From Octopus sinensis (lineage: Eukaryota): a stretch of DNA of 64,000 nucleotides. This document shows positions 12,595 to 25,085 of this stretch, one piece after another (the first letter of the stretch is position 1; every line of letters starts with the position of its first letter). The DNA lies in assembly GCF_006345805.1 (NCBI RefSeq), contig NC_043013.1, forward strand, positions 27,032,001 through 27,096,000, written 5' to 3'. A program made the translations under genes and the position numbers. The notes beneath the pieces are model-generated. The model did not search any database, was not told the origin of the DNA, and saw nothing but the letters and a program-made list of their open reading frames with translations.

Positions 12595-14057
12595 CATTGT
12601 CATAATATGTTACATAAGTTACAAGGCTATGAATTCATGGGTTGGAAAGCAGTTGATTATATCAACCGCAGTACTTGACTAATACTTATCTTATTGACCC
12701 CTGGAAGAATAAAAGGCAAATGTGACATCTGTGGGAGTTGAACTCGGTATATAAAGAGCCATAACAAAATATGACAAGGCATTTTGTGCAATGTTCTAGC
12801 AGTTGTGTCAGTCATGCTTATATTTTCAGTTGAAGGATGAGAAAGTGTCTGAGACTGCCATTTGAAGCGGCAGCTGTTAATAGACCAAAGGTGCTGAGGT
12901 AACTTAACTCTCACCGACTCCCTTCGGCAGAATAAATGAAAATAGGCACCGTGTGGAGGTACCTACTTTGGTTGTAAGAAATAGGCACACTGTATATTTA
13001 ATGAGTACTTTCTTACCTTAACCTTTCATGGTTCAGTGTAACAGCTGTAAGTAGGAACCAGATGTAATAATAATGGTTCATTGCTTTTTGTAGTGCTGGA
13101 TTCAAGTCCTGTTTGTCAGCCTTTAATCATGAATATTGGAATTACCATTTCAGTGGAACCATGTCCATGGAGTCTACATCATCATCATCATCATAAATTT
13201 AACATCCTCTTTTCATTGGTCAGACAGTTCATTACGGCAAATTTTCTACAGTCAGGTACCCTTCCTGGAGAAGCCTGTTACTGTATTTTTCAGTATACAG
13301 GTTGATGTAGTATGTAGTGCAAACTTGTAGTATAATTAATTATTCAAGCATTGTCGCTCTCTTTTGAAATCTGGCTGCATTTTACATAGAATTTTTGGTC
13401 CTTCAAAGTTGTATTGGTGTATAAATTGACTTACCTTTTATTTTGGCTGTGAATTTTGGTCTGAAAAATTCACCTTGCATGCCAGAAAATATTGTATCTT
13501 AATTAAAGAACAAGCTCATTGAACAATGCCTCCACCACCACCATCACAAAAACAAAAAAACAAAGGTGGGATGGCCACAACTGGAATGCGATTTAATCAG
13601 GGCTGACCTCTGATTAAGCAAACAAACCCTACAAATTTGTGACCTTGTAGCAGTCTAAAAAATATATTCTCTTTCACTTCAGCTGTCTGTCTGTCTTTCT
13701 CTCTCTCCCTCATCAAATGGTGTATAATTTGTTGTGACTTAACAAAAGCCTTTCCCTCCCCACCGCTGTCACTTTAACCCACAACATATAAACCAGAGAC
13801 ATCAGTGGTTGCCATGGAATGGAAGGGGATTGGCAGGGGAGTGGGAAGGAGCTTGATTCACTTTCCTTTTTGAAGACATTTTTTCCCCCTTTTTGTATTA
13901 CCACTTGATGATGACAATGACGATGATGATGATAATAGTTGTCATATTAATAGTGGTGGTGGTGGTAGTGGTAGATGTTACTGTAAGAAGTATTAGAAAA
14001 TGCAATAATGAAGGAAGAGAGAAAATGTAATATGTATGTCTGTGTACATATACATAT

Positions 14058-14092
<35 letters not shown>

Positions 14093-14569
14093 ATATAATA
14101 TATATGACTGGCTGCTTGTTAAAATAACACTAGCCAACTGCATAAAATAATAATGATGGTGATATATTTTATTTGCCACAGGGGCACCAATAAAGGGAAC
14201 ATAGTAATAATTTCTTTTATTGGCCACAAGGAATGATGCATGAAGGAACATTACAATGCTAGCGGGGGTTTTTTTTTTTACCAAAATCAATTATGAAAAT
14301 AGAAAAAGCCAGCCAGAGAAAACTAGGGCTTCCGTGTGGCCATATGGTTTGTTAGAAATTGCACTCTCATTTCTCAGAAAAGAACACTTTGGATAATATA
14401 GTTTTTGGTTCTCTTGCACATTGGAAAAGACAGTGGGGTTGTGGCAGAAATGCCTTTGATCACAAGTCTATTCAGTCAGGGTTAAACAACTGCAGAGAAA
14501 AAGAATAATTAGAAAGAAAGCCATAGTGAAAATAGCTTAAAATCTATTTTATCATTACTATTAAATATA

Positions 14570-15235
14570 ATGGCTAGCTGGGAGAGTCATTAGCACTCTG
14601 GGCAAAATACTTACCTGCATTTTGTCAGTCTTGACATTCTGAGTTCAAATTCTGTCATTGTCAGCTTTGCCTTTCATTCTTTGAGCATTGATGAAATGAG
14701 TACCAGTTGAGCCCCGGGGCCAGTGTAATCAATTTAACCCCTTCCCCAAAATTGTTGGCTTTGTGTCAAAATTTGAAACCAATATCGAGATGGTGAGCTG
14801 GCAGAATTCTTTGCACGCTGGACAGAATGCTCTGTGGCATTTCTTCTGGTTTGGCATTCTGAGTTCAAATGCCTCTTTTATTGACTTCACCGTTCACCTC
14901 TTTTTTGGGCGAGTGGTTGTTAGGAATAAAGTACCAGTCATATAATCAGCTTCTCCACTCTGCACCAAATTCCAGCCCTTCTGCTTATTAGTAGAAACAT
15001 GTAGTTGTAGTACCTAGGGGTGGTGGATTGGCAGACCTGCTAAAGTGTCACAAAAAAAAATGCCTTGTGGTATTTATTCTGTCTCTTTGCATTCTGAGGT
15101 CAACTTTGCCTCTCTTCCTTTCAGGGTCAATAAAATACCATCCAAACATTGAAGCTGATGTAATTGACAAGAACTCCCTCCCCTCAAAAATATTAAAGAA
15201 ATTTTTAAATGCTGGCCTTGTGCCTAAATTAGGAA
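14570..15235 (+). mobile_element. Three tandem degenerate SINE C copies
   Basis: Repeated (A/G)GCTGGCAGA heads and CTGAG(T/G)TCAA motifs. Confidence 0.7.
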
Positions 15236-15939
15236 CAATTTTTTTTAATATTAGCTTTTCCTTCTTAGATTCATTATTCAAAATAATAATTAGTTTTTAT
15301 TATTAATTTATTTATTTATTCAGAATTCTTTACTGGCTCAGTTTTACACTTTAATGTTTCACATATTGACAGAGAGAGTGGGTGGTGGGTGGGGAGAGAG
15401 GGACTTAGATTAAGAAATTTCATTCGATTTATCCATTGTTTGTTTGTTTGTTTGTTTGTTAGCTGCCTTTTATTTCTTTTCTTTCTTTCATTCGTCTGTT
15501 CATTCTTTCATTCTTTTTCTCTCTCTCTCTCTCTCACAGTAATTCTCTTGTCTTTGGTTTTTATGTATATCCAATCCAATATCGTCAGGTATTGATTTGT
15601 ATATGCCTAAAATCTGGGTCACTTACTGAATAACTATGAAAATTTCTGTCCATGATCAAGGAGCATTCCTTTTGCTAAGAAATAGACAAATGTACTCACT
15701 CATTGTTGTAGTAGTAGTAGTAGTTGTTGTTGTTATATTCTATGCGCCCTCTCCGTCTCCCTTTCCTTCCCTGCCGCCCACCCCTCTCTTGTTTTATGCA
15801 TCTCTTGTATTTTCCATTGACATAGTAGTTTTTCTTTTGTTTTCCTTTTGTGCTTTGTCACATTTTAGAATTGCAATGCTTTTCATTTCTGCAATGTATA
15901 AGTGATAGTATTATCAATGATTTTATATACTTCCCTCCA

Positions 15940-16077
15940 CACAAATGTGTGTGTGTGTGGTGTGTGTGTGTGTGTATGTGTGCATAAATAAATGATATAT
16001 TTATGTTTGCAGTACATACATCATTCATGTGTATGATATATGTATGTGCGTATATATATATGTATATATATACATAC

Positions 16078-16139
<62 letters not shown>

Positions 16140-16280
16140 GTAGGCACAGCTTATATCTGATAGATTCCAAGTATCTAGTATATATGTACTTAAATAAAGT
16201 GTAGCATCTATATGTTCATCATAAAGGCTTATGCACACACAAACACACACACACACAAACACAAACACACACATGCATTT
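15940..16280. repeat. Compound (TG)n/(TA)n/(CA)n microsatellite
   Basis: Dinucleotide and tetranucleotide runs visible directly; one of many such tracts. Confidence 0.95.
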
Positions 16281-17220
16281 TATCATTTTGATAGTAAAGT
16301 TATAGAAGCTACTGATAATAAATATACTGACATTCTTTATATTACAAGACAGAATCTATAAAATGTTTACTTTATTTATTTATTTATTTTTCACTAATAT
16401 ATACCATACTGGTCTTGGAGATTTATGTTGCAGCTTCGCCTGTTATTCCTGTTTCTATATATAATATACTGACAGACCTAAACTTAATGTTGGCAATGCC
16501 ATGAGGTTAAAAAGTTTGCTTTCACAAGCGCATAATTCTAGGTTTTGATCCCACCAAACAACATCCTGGATGTTTTCTGCCATATGTTTGAATTAATCCC
16601 GGGGTTTTGTTAGTGAAGTAGGTAGATGGGGTTGTTCAGTGGGTTTGACCCCTCCCCTGCCCCCACTGCACAGCACCTTGAGATGTCTTCTAGCAAAGTA
16701 TGTGAAATCAAATTTATGTATTTCCACTTTGGTCCCACTGCGTGGCACTTTAGGCTAGTGTCTCATTCTAGATTTGCTCACTCTGTACAGCATCCCAGGA
16801 AAGTTACTGATTCCAGGTTCAGTCCCACTTCATGGCATCTTAAGCAAGAGTGGAATTGGGTATAAACACAAATTTCTTTTACCATAACCCAAGACTTGTG
16901 AGGTGGATCCAGACTTTAATCTCATAAAATTTCTCATACCATAATTTTGGCATTTTAAGTGAAATTGAGTTAACAGATTCTGTGGAAAACCTTGAGATCA
17001 TTGGTTCTCAGCTGGGGTCTACATGATCCTTGAGGGTCCATATAAGATTTTGTTGTTAAAATTTAACTGCAGTGGTAAGTAACTTGCTCATCAACCACAT
17101 GGTTTTGGGTTCAGTCCCACTTTTGGCACCTTGGGCAAGTGTCTTCTGCTATAGCTTCAGGCTGACCAAATTCTTGTGAGTGGATTTGATAGATGGAAAC
17201 TGAAAGAAGCCTATTGTGTG

Positions 17221-17254
<34 letters not shown>

Positions 17255-17293
17255 GTGTGTGTATGTATATATATGCATGTATATGTATGTACC

Positions 17294-17732
17294 TTTTGGT
17301 CCATGGCTCCTTCCCTGACCCTACCTCCCAACCCGGCTCGTTCCCCTGCTCCGCCCACGTTGCCGCACTTGCCCTTACCTCTCCAACACCACCCGCCTCA
17401 CTAGCACCCACCATCGACCCTATCCCATCATCCACTCCTTCACCTGCACCTCCAGCAATATTATCTATTGCATCTCTTGCTCTCTCTGCAATTCTTTGTA
17501 CATCGGACAAACGGGACGCCGCTTGGCTGACCGGTTCGCGGAACACCTTCGTGACATCCACCTTGCGAACGACACACCGGTCTCACGCCATTTCCGCTCC
17601 ACCGGTCACTCCTTGCAACACCTATCTGTGTTCGGTTTGTCCTTACACAGAGGCCATCCGGATTCCCGTTTGCGCCGTGAACAGGAATTAATCTTCTCTC
17701 TTCGCTCTTATACGCCATTTGGTCTCAACTCT
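17294..17732 (+). pseudogene. Penelope-like Cys-rich linker plus GIY-YIG endonuclease domain (one frameshift near 17352)
   Basis: LLVHGSFPDPTSQPGSFPCS(fs)RCRTCPYLSNTTRLTSTHHRPYPIIHSFTCTSSNIIYCISCSLCNSLYIGQTGRRLADRFAEHLRDI...RLRREQELIFSLRSYTPFGLNS. The IY..YIG, R..EH, E and GLN motifs are those of PLE endonucleases. Confidence 0.93.
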
Positions 17733-18059
17733 CCCCCCTCCTCATCTAACCCCCCTCTCCCCCTCCTCACCTATCCTTTCTCCCCCCGACCCCTACTTCT
17801 TCAGTCCTTCATCCTTTCACCCCTACTCCCCTTCCCTTCTTCCCTCTTTCTCCCTCCCTCTGCTCCCTCACTCCCTCTCTCCCCCTCTCCCTCTTTCCTC
17901 CTTCATCCCCCCTCATCCCCTTCCTTCTCCCCCATCCTCTCCTCTTCCCCCTTCTCCTCCCCCTCTTCTTCCCCCTTCCCCTCCCCTTCTCCCCCTCTTC
18001 TCTCCCCCTCCCCCCTTCTCACTACACCACATGACTTTACACATCACATCACATATGAT

Positions 18060-18400
18060 GTGCCATACTAATACACACACCAACTAATACATACTAATAC
18101 GTACTAATACATACTAGTACATACTAATACTTACACCAACCCTATACATACACACGTCCAGACCCCGCATACGCACTTATACTCTCTCACACACCCACAC
18201 ACACACCTATACATACCAATACGTACTAATACATACTAATACATACTAATACATACACCAACCCCATACATACGCACGTCCAGACCAATCCTACGCACTA
18301 ATACTCTCTCATACACACACACACACACACACCCTTATACATACTAATACATACACCAACCCTATACATACACACATCCAGACCCCTCCCACGCACTTTT
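18060..18400 (+). repeat. Three ~100-120-bp tandem units in the PLE 3' region
   Basis: ACACCAACCC(T/C)ATACATAC(A/G)CAC(G/A)TCCAGACC at ~18133, 18255 and 18353, interleaved with TACTAATACA repeats. Confidence 0.85.
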
Positions 18401-18557
18401 AGCTGGTCCCTCAACCCTATTATCTCCCCTTATTTCGCTCTCGCGTCTCATGTTTGATCTTTGACCTCTGGCCGAAATCAGATCGCCATGTTGATTCGTT
18501 AGCTACTGCACGCATTTTTTTTCTCTCCTTCTTTCTGTGTTTTTCTCTCTCTGTGTA

Positions 18558-18595
18558 TCTTTCTGTTGAAGAGCGTAGGCTCGAAACGTTAAAGA
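18558..18595 (+). ncRNA. Minimal type I hammerhead ribozyme motif (A6U variant)
   Basis: TCTTT-CTGTTGA-A-GAGC(GTAG)GCTC-GAAAC-GTT-AAAGA: stem I 5 bp, stem II 4 bp, palindromic AACGTT stem III. Confidence 0.75.
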
Positions 18596-18697
18596 CTTGT
18601 TTTATTTATATTTCCTGAGCGCCATACTAATACAATTGTTCGTTTGTTTTCCACCTGCCTTCGTCTTTTGTTTATTTTCATAAAGCTTCCCGTTATG

Positions 18698-18728
<31 letters not shown>

Positions 18729-18747
18729 ATGTATATGTGTGTATGTA

Positions 18748-18896
18748 TCATCATCATCATCATCATCGTTTAACGTCCGCTTTCCATGCTAGCATGGGTT
18801 GGACGGTTCAACTGGGGTCTGGCAAGCCCGAAGGCTGGACCAGGCCAGTCAGATCTGGCAGTGTTTCTACAGCTGGATGCCCTTCCTAACGCCAAC
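18748..18896 (-). mobile_element. Family E fragment
   Basis: One substitution relative to 2021-2166, apart from the CAT-repeat count. Confidence 0.85.
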
Positions 18897-19379
18897 AATA
18901 TATATGTATATGCACACACATGTATGTTTGTGTCTGTGTTTAAGTCCCCATAACTTAGCAATTCGGCAGAAGCGACCAATAGAATAAGTTCTGGGGTCGA
19001 TTTGTTCGACTAAAGGTGGTGTTCCAGCATGGCCACAGTCAAATGACTGAAACAAGTAAATGAGTAAATTGGTTATATTTCTACAATACAGGAAATACTT
19101 GAGCAATGTTTTTAAATGCGACTCTTAATAATGTTCAATTATAAAAATATAGAATTTTTAAAAATTGAATGGCTACGAGGATCCACCTGAGTCAGTAAAT
19201 GGTCGAGAGCCTTTTCTGCCAGTCATGTCTCCAGCCATGGATTGTTTGTCGTACTTCTCTTCTTACCTAGTTGTAAATCATTTAATAACAGACTAAATGG
19301 AACAAGAGACACATAGGATGGAGAGTCATTGAAGAGGTCACAGCATGTGTGACAAATGATTTCTTAGACAAAGGAGAGT

Positions 19380-19570
19380 AATCATCATCATCATTTAGCG
19401 TCCGCCTTCCATGCTAGCATGGGTTGGACGGTTCAACTGGGGTCTGTGAAGCTGGAAGGCTTCGTCAGGCCCAGTCAGATCTGGCAGTGTTTCTACGGCT
19501 GGATGCCCTTCCTAATGCCAACCACTCCGTGAGTGTAGTGGGTGCTTTTTACGTGCCACCTGCACAGTAA
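19380..19570 (-). mobile_element. Family E fragment (longer)
   Basis: Extends to GGTGCTTTTACGTGCCACC. Confidence 0.8.
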
Positions 19571-20931
19571 TATAATAATAATAATAATAATAATAATGGT
19601 TTCAAATTTTGCCACAAAGGTAGCAATTTTGGGGGAGGAGATGAGTCGATTAGCTGACCCCAGTGTTCAACTGGTACTTATTTTATCAACCCCAAAAAGA
19701 TGAAAGGTGAAGTCAATCTCAGCAAAATTTGAACTCAGAACGTAGAGATGGTTGAAATAAGGAATAATAATAATAATAATAATAATGATAGAGCTAAAGT
19801 GAAGACCAGGTATATAGTGCATGTGGTTAAATGGCTATAATATGACCATCCCTAAATATACCAATAATTATAAGCAATTTTTTTTAATGTATTTTCTTTC
19901 CTTTTTATCTTTCTAGTTACCTGAGATGATTTGTAATTATTATAAAGCTGACATAAGCTTCTGCTTTGGTTATTACTGGTAAGTAGACCTTTCTTTGTCT
20001 CTTATAGGTAAAAAAAAAAAAGAAAATGGTGTTACCTATGACCTCTCAGGTCAGTAAAGTCAATCTGGGTTATGTTCAGTTTAAACATATGCAGCTTGAA
20101 CTTGTTTTGGCTGTTCATGTCACATTGGGGATTGCAGTTCTGATATCAAAGAATTTCTGTGAAGTACTAACTTTGTGTGTGTGTGTGTGTGCGTGCACGA
20201 ACATGTGTGCATGTATGTGGCACAAGAGAGGCATGGGGTGATGGAAAGAGTGGGATTGGTGAGTGTGGTTTACTGCTGTTGTTTATCAAACTTATGATGA
20301 AAAGCATTCCAGCTGTGACCATCCCATCATTTTAGCATTTTACCATTTTGGATTACATTACTTTAATTGTCCTTGGTCCAGTGGTTAGGGTGTTACACTC
20401 ACAATCACAGGATCGTAGTTTCGATTCCCAGATCAATGGTGCATTGTGTTCTTGAGCAAAACACTTCATTTCATTTTGCTTCAGTCAACTCAGTTGTAAA
20501 TAGGTCACCCTGTGACAAATTGGTGTTCCCTTCAAAGGGAATGTTGGTCTGTGTGGCTTAATGGTCAGGGTATTGGACTCATAATCGTAAGATTGTGGTT
20601 TCAGTTCCTGGATCGAGCGACATGCTGTGTTCTTGAGCAAAACACTTCATTTCACATTGCTCCAATTCCACTTCGCTGGCAAAAATGAGTAAACCTGTGA
20701 GGGACTGGTGTCCCATCCAGGTGGGGAATTTACTTGCCACGAAACCAGGAAACTGCCCCATAAATGTCAGTATGACTCGAGAAGGTGGCTTTACCGTTTT
20801 TTACTTTAATGTTGGTCTGCTCACCTAGCCAGCGGGATGGCATCATTCAAAAGCCAAAAGAACATGAGCAAGAACATTGTGACCAGTGATGTATAACAAC
20901 ATCCAATAGTCTGGTGAATACAGTAATATTA

Positions 20932-21258
20932 AAAAAAGACTCCGCCGGTTACGACGACGAGGGTCCCAGCTGATACGATCAACGGAACAGCTTGCTCGTG
21001 AAATTAACGTGCAAATGGCTGAGCATTCCACAGACACGTGTACCCTTAACGTAGTTCTCGGGGATAATCAGCGTGACACAGAGAGTGACAAGGCTGACCC
21101 TTTGAAATACAAGTACAACTCATTTTTGCCAGCTGAGTGGACTGGAGCAACGTGAAATAAAGTGTCTTGCTCAAGGACACAACGCGTCGCCGGGAATCGA
21201 ACTCACAACCTTACGATCATGAGCCGAATGCCCTAACCACTAAGCCACGCGCCCTCAC
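20932..21258 (-). mobile_element. Young full-length SINE B with 12-bp TSD
   Basis: TSD ACAGTAATATTA at 20920-20931 and 21259-21270; head GTGAGGGCGCGTGGCTTAGTGG...GAGTTCGATTCCC with Pol III A/B boxes; CORE-like TGTGTCCTTGAGCAAG. Confidence 0.93.
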
Positions 21259-21574
21259 ACAGTAATATTATATATAAAGCAAAGGCGGCAAGCTGGCAGA
21301 ATCATTAGCATGCTGGACAAAATGCTTAGTGGCATTTCATTTGTCTTAGTGTTTTGAGTTCAAATCCTGCCAATGTCAACTTTTGAGGTCAATAAAACAA
21401 GTACCAATTGTGTACTAAGGGGTCAGTGTAATCAACTTGCCCCAACTTCTGAAATTGCTGGCCTTGTGCCAAAATTTGAAACCAATATTATAAAGCAACT
21501 ACTGTGTTGTATTACCTTTTTCTTTTATTTTGTGTCTGTACTACACGCTTGTGAGTGAGTGTATATATGTAGCA

Positions 21575-21935
21575 CTCCATTGGTTACGACGACGAGGGTT
21601 CCAGTTGATCTGATCAATGGAACAGCCTGCTCGTGAAATTAACATTCAAGTGGCTGAGCACTCGACAGACACATGTACTCTTAGCATAGTTCTCGGGGAG
21701 ATTCAGCGTAACACAGTGTGATAAGGCTGGCCCTTTGAAATACAGGAAGAAAGAGTGAGAGAAAGTTGTGGTGAAAGAGTACAACAGGGTTTTCCACCGA
21801 TCCCCTGCCGGAGTTTTGTGGAGCTTTGGGTGTTTTCACTCAATAAACACTCACAACACTCGTCTGGGAATCGAAACCACAATCCCACGACCGTGAGTCT
21901 ACTGCCCTAACCACTGGGCCATTGCGCCTCCACAT
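21575..21935 (-). mobile_element. SINE B2 head joined to a SINE B 3' part
   Basis: B2 head (GTGGAGGCGCAATGGCCCAGTGG on the minus strand) at the right; B tail GTTACGACGACGAGGG at the left. Confidence 0.75.
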
Positions 21936-22154
21936 CTATATCTGTATACTGTTGGGGAACATGGATGAAGTAATGTAATTGTATAGTTCTGTTCTCATTC
22001 CTTTATATTCTGTTGCTCTTTGCTTGCTTACCTTTTTACAGAAGGTATTTTTCATTACAATATCAATATCACATCAATTTTTTTATTCTGCCATTGAGAG
22101 ACAATCAAAGATGGTGGCAGTCACTGTGGATTATCTTTTATTTTAATCTTTTGT

Positions 22155-22515
22155 TTATGTTTTTTTTTACTTGTCTCATTCATTGGGCTGCGACCATGCT
22201 GGGGCACCATCTTGAAGTGTTTAGTCAAGCAAATCAACCTCCGTACTTAGTTTCTAAGTCTGGTACCCATTCTGTTGGTCTCTTTTGCCAAACCATTAAA
22301 TTACGGGGATATGAACAATCCAATACCGGCTATCATGAAGGGGAGGTGTGGAGGACGGGGACACACACACACGCATACATACATACATACGCATTCACCC
22401 TCAAGGCATTCGTCAGCTTGGGGCTATAGTAGAAGACACTTGCTCAAGGTGTCACACAGTGGGACTGAACCTGAAACTATGTATTTGCAAAGCAAGTTCC
22501 TTAATCACACACCCT
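22155..22515 (-). mobile_element. SINE A
   Basis: Family A tail, core and head motifs in reverse. Confidence 0.8.
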
Positions 22516-23497
22516 ATGTTATCAAATGGGGCTTATCAAAATCAACAGGTCTCAAAATATAACTCAAGATATTGTCAAATTTTCTGCTTAATGTTATCAA
22601 CTATTGTTATCTAAAAAGATGCATCTGAAAGCAATCAACAAGCAGCTTTCATTGTAATTAAAAAAATTATTCTTTTTGTTTTTGTTCTTTTTTTTTTGCT
22701 GTTATTGATCCTATTACTATACATACTACAAAAGTAACCCTGTAAAAGCTCTCTGCCGCCACCACTACCACCACCTCGCTATTCTTCCAATCACAGTCTA
22801 GAAGTACCTACCCTGTCCACATGTAAACAACACTGCTAAAAATTTATATGTATAAATCTTTTGCCTGCTTCGAGGTCATTAATTTAGTTTAGACCCGTTT
22901 AATGAATAAAAGAATTTAGTAGAGAAACATTTGCACAAAAATCTACTTGAAATGACTCAGCAAAGTTAATTTAAGGAAACTAATCGCAACTGCATGACTT
23001 ATTTTCAGTGTTTATACATTTTTAAAATAATATGTAATTTTTAAATTACCTTATGGCTGTATTAATAAGAAGCTAAATTTCAAGATAAAAAAAAAAAAAA
23101 ATCAGCTTCTTTTAATGATGATACATTTCTGCCTGAAGGAATCGGCATATTGATTATTAGACACAATAGTTTCCTTTGGTTATGTATTTACTACATCAGT
23201 GTGGTTGAGGCAGTACCTCAAGACTTCTATTCGCAGCCATGCCCCCTTTTTATTATTGTCACATGATTTTTGTATGTTTGTTTTTTTTTGTTTTTTTTTA
23301 ATTTTTGTCTTTTTTACATTATTCTCGGGTTTTACTCACACAGTTTGTGGATTATTTCAATTTAGTAATGCCTCAGGATTATCTCAAAGGAGAAGTCCTC
23401 CTTCCTTGTCTTTTCCTTTTCTCTTTGTAATATATACACATACACCTCTCTCTCTATATATATACACACACACTCACATGTATACATACATACATAC

Positions 23498-23552
<55 letters not shown>

Positions 23553-24094
23553 ACACCTATATGTATGCATGTATATGGGAGGTAGTTTTCAGTGCTCAGT
23601 AATATGCAAACATTGGAATATGAGAACAGCAACAATGGCAATGAAAGATTAGAAAAACTGAAAAATTGCCACAGCACTAGATACATATACATATATGTGC
23701 ACATAGATACATACACACATGCGCACATACATACACCTATGTGTATACAGATATTTGTTTCGTGATTGTGTGTGTATGAGAGATTGAGCAAATGGATGTT
23801 AGTGCATGCAAACATGTGTAGAGGCATGGAATATTCAATTCAAGCTGAAGTTCCATTATTACAACTCTGAATTTCTTCCTGGTGAATTGAAAAATGAAAC
23901 TTGGTTACAACATTGAAATTACAACTTTGAATTATATACTTGCACACACACACACACACACACTCACACACATACACACTCATAAAGACTTATTATTTGA
24001 AAAGGATTTCTAGTCAGTCAGTAACTTCTCTACATTGAGAGGTCACAGCTCCAGTACTATGGACATGTGATTAGAATGTTGCAAGAAATAATCA

Positions 24095-24127
<33 letters not shown>

Positions 24128-24420
24128 AAAAAAAAATCACATATATATATATAAAATATATATTAAAAAAATAATCATTGGGTGTGTGTATATAAAATAT
24201 GTATATATTATGTTAGTTGCAAACAACTTGCAGATACAAGTGCTACTAGTTAAATGCTCTGCCTGTCAGACACTAGCAGACATGCGGGTAGGGTCATCTA
24301 GAGAGAATGTGTGCCATTTCAGGGCCTTCCTCTCAGTGGCATTATTGTGCACAGCCCCTCTCACAGTGATGAGGCCCCATTTGGGAGATCAACTCTGTGT
24401 TAGCTCGCATTGACTAGCCT

Positions 24421-24822
24421 CTCTTTTACTCTTTACTCTTTTACTTGTTTCAGTCATTTGACTGCGGCCATGCTGGAGCACCGCCTTTAGTCTAGCAAAT
24501 CGACCCCAGGACTTATTCTTTATAAGCCCAGTACTTATTCTGTCGGTCTCTTTTGCTGAACTGCTAAGTGATGGGGATGTAAACACACCAGCATCAGTTG
24601 TCAAGCAATGCTAGAGGGACAAACATATATACACACACATATATATATACATATATACGACTGGCTTCTTTCAGTTTCCGTCTACCAAATCCACTCACAA
24701 GGTTTTGGTCAGCCCAAGGCTATAGCAGAAGACACTTGCCCAAGATGCCACTCAGTGGGACTGAACCCGGAACCATGTGGTTGGGAACCAAGCTACTTAC
24801 CACACAGCCACTCCTGCGCCTA
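24421..24822 (-). mobile_element. Full-length SINE A
   Basis: (CTCTTTTA)n tail through to the ACTCCTGCGCC head. Confidence 0.9.
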
Positions 24823-25085
24823 TGGCATGTGTGATATATTATGTATAAGAGAGAACAACTGCATAGCTTCAGTTTGGTAATAAGATCTATTTATATTTAA
24901 TGAAGAAATAATTATCAGGAGGAGTCCATATTTACTTAAATGGGTTGCTCAAAAGTTGTGGATAATTTCTGTTACCTCATTAACTGATACTGGTGTAAGA
25001 TGCAGTAACAACATTGTCAGAAGAGGGGTGGATTAAGTGGAGGTATTAGTGATGTTTGTTGATGGCAAGAAGTTTCTTTATCCAT

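Larger units (their letters stand above)
17291..18696 (+). mobile_element. 5'-truncated Penelope-like element (Neptune-like), 3' module
   Basis: GIY-YIG coding region, CT-rich tract, tandem repeat and hammerhead motif, flanked by TA/TG microsatellite. Confidence 0.9.
17075..19068 (+). mobile_element. One SINE A split ~1.6 kb apart by nested insertions
   Basis: The 5' half (17075-17290) ends in the central microsatellite; the 3' half (18897-19068) resumes TTTGTGTCTGTG...GACTGAAACAAGTAAA. Confidence 0.8.

Noticed and set aside
15540-15588. Possible 49-nt exon (CACAG ... CAG|GTATTG)
   Set aside because: The acceptor is a CT microsatellite, the donor is moderate, and such matches are expected by chance here.
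17733-18071. Pro/Ser-rich C-terminal extension of ORF 17496-18071
   Set aside because: Read-through into a CT low-complexity tract; not evidence of an extensin-like protein.
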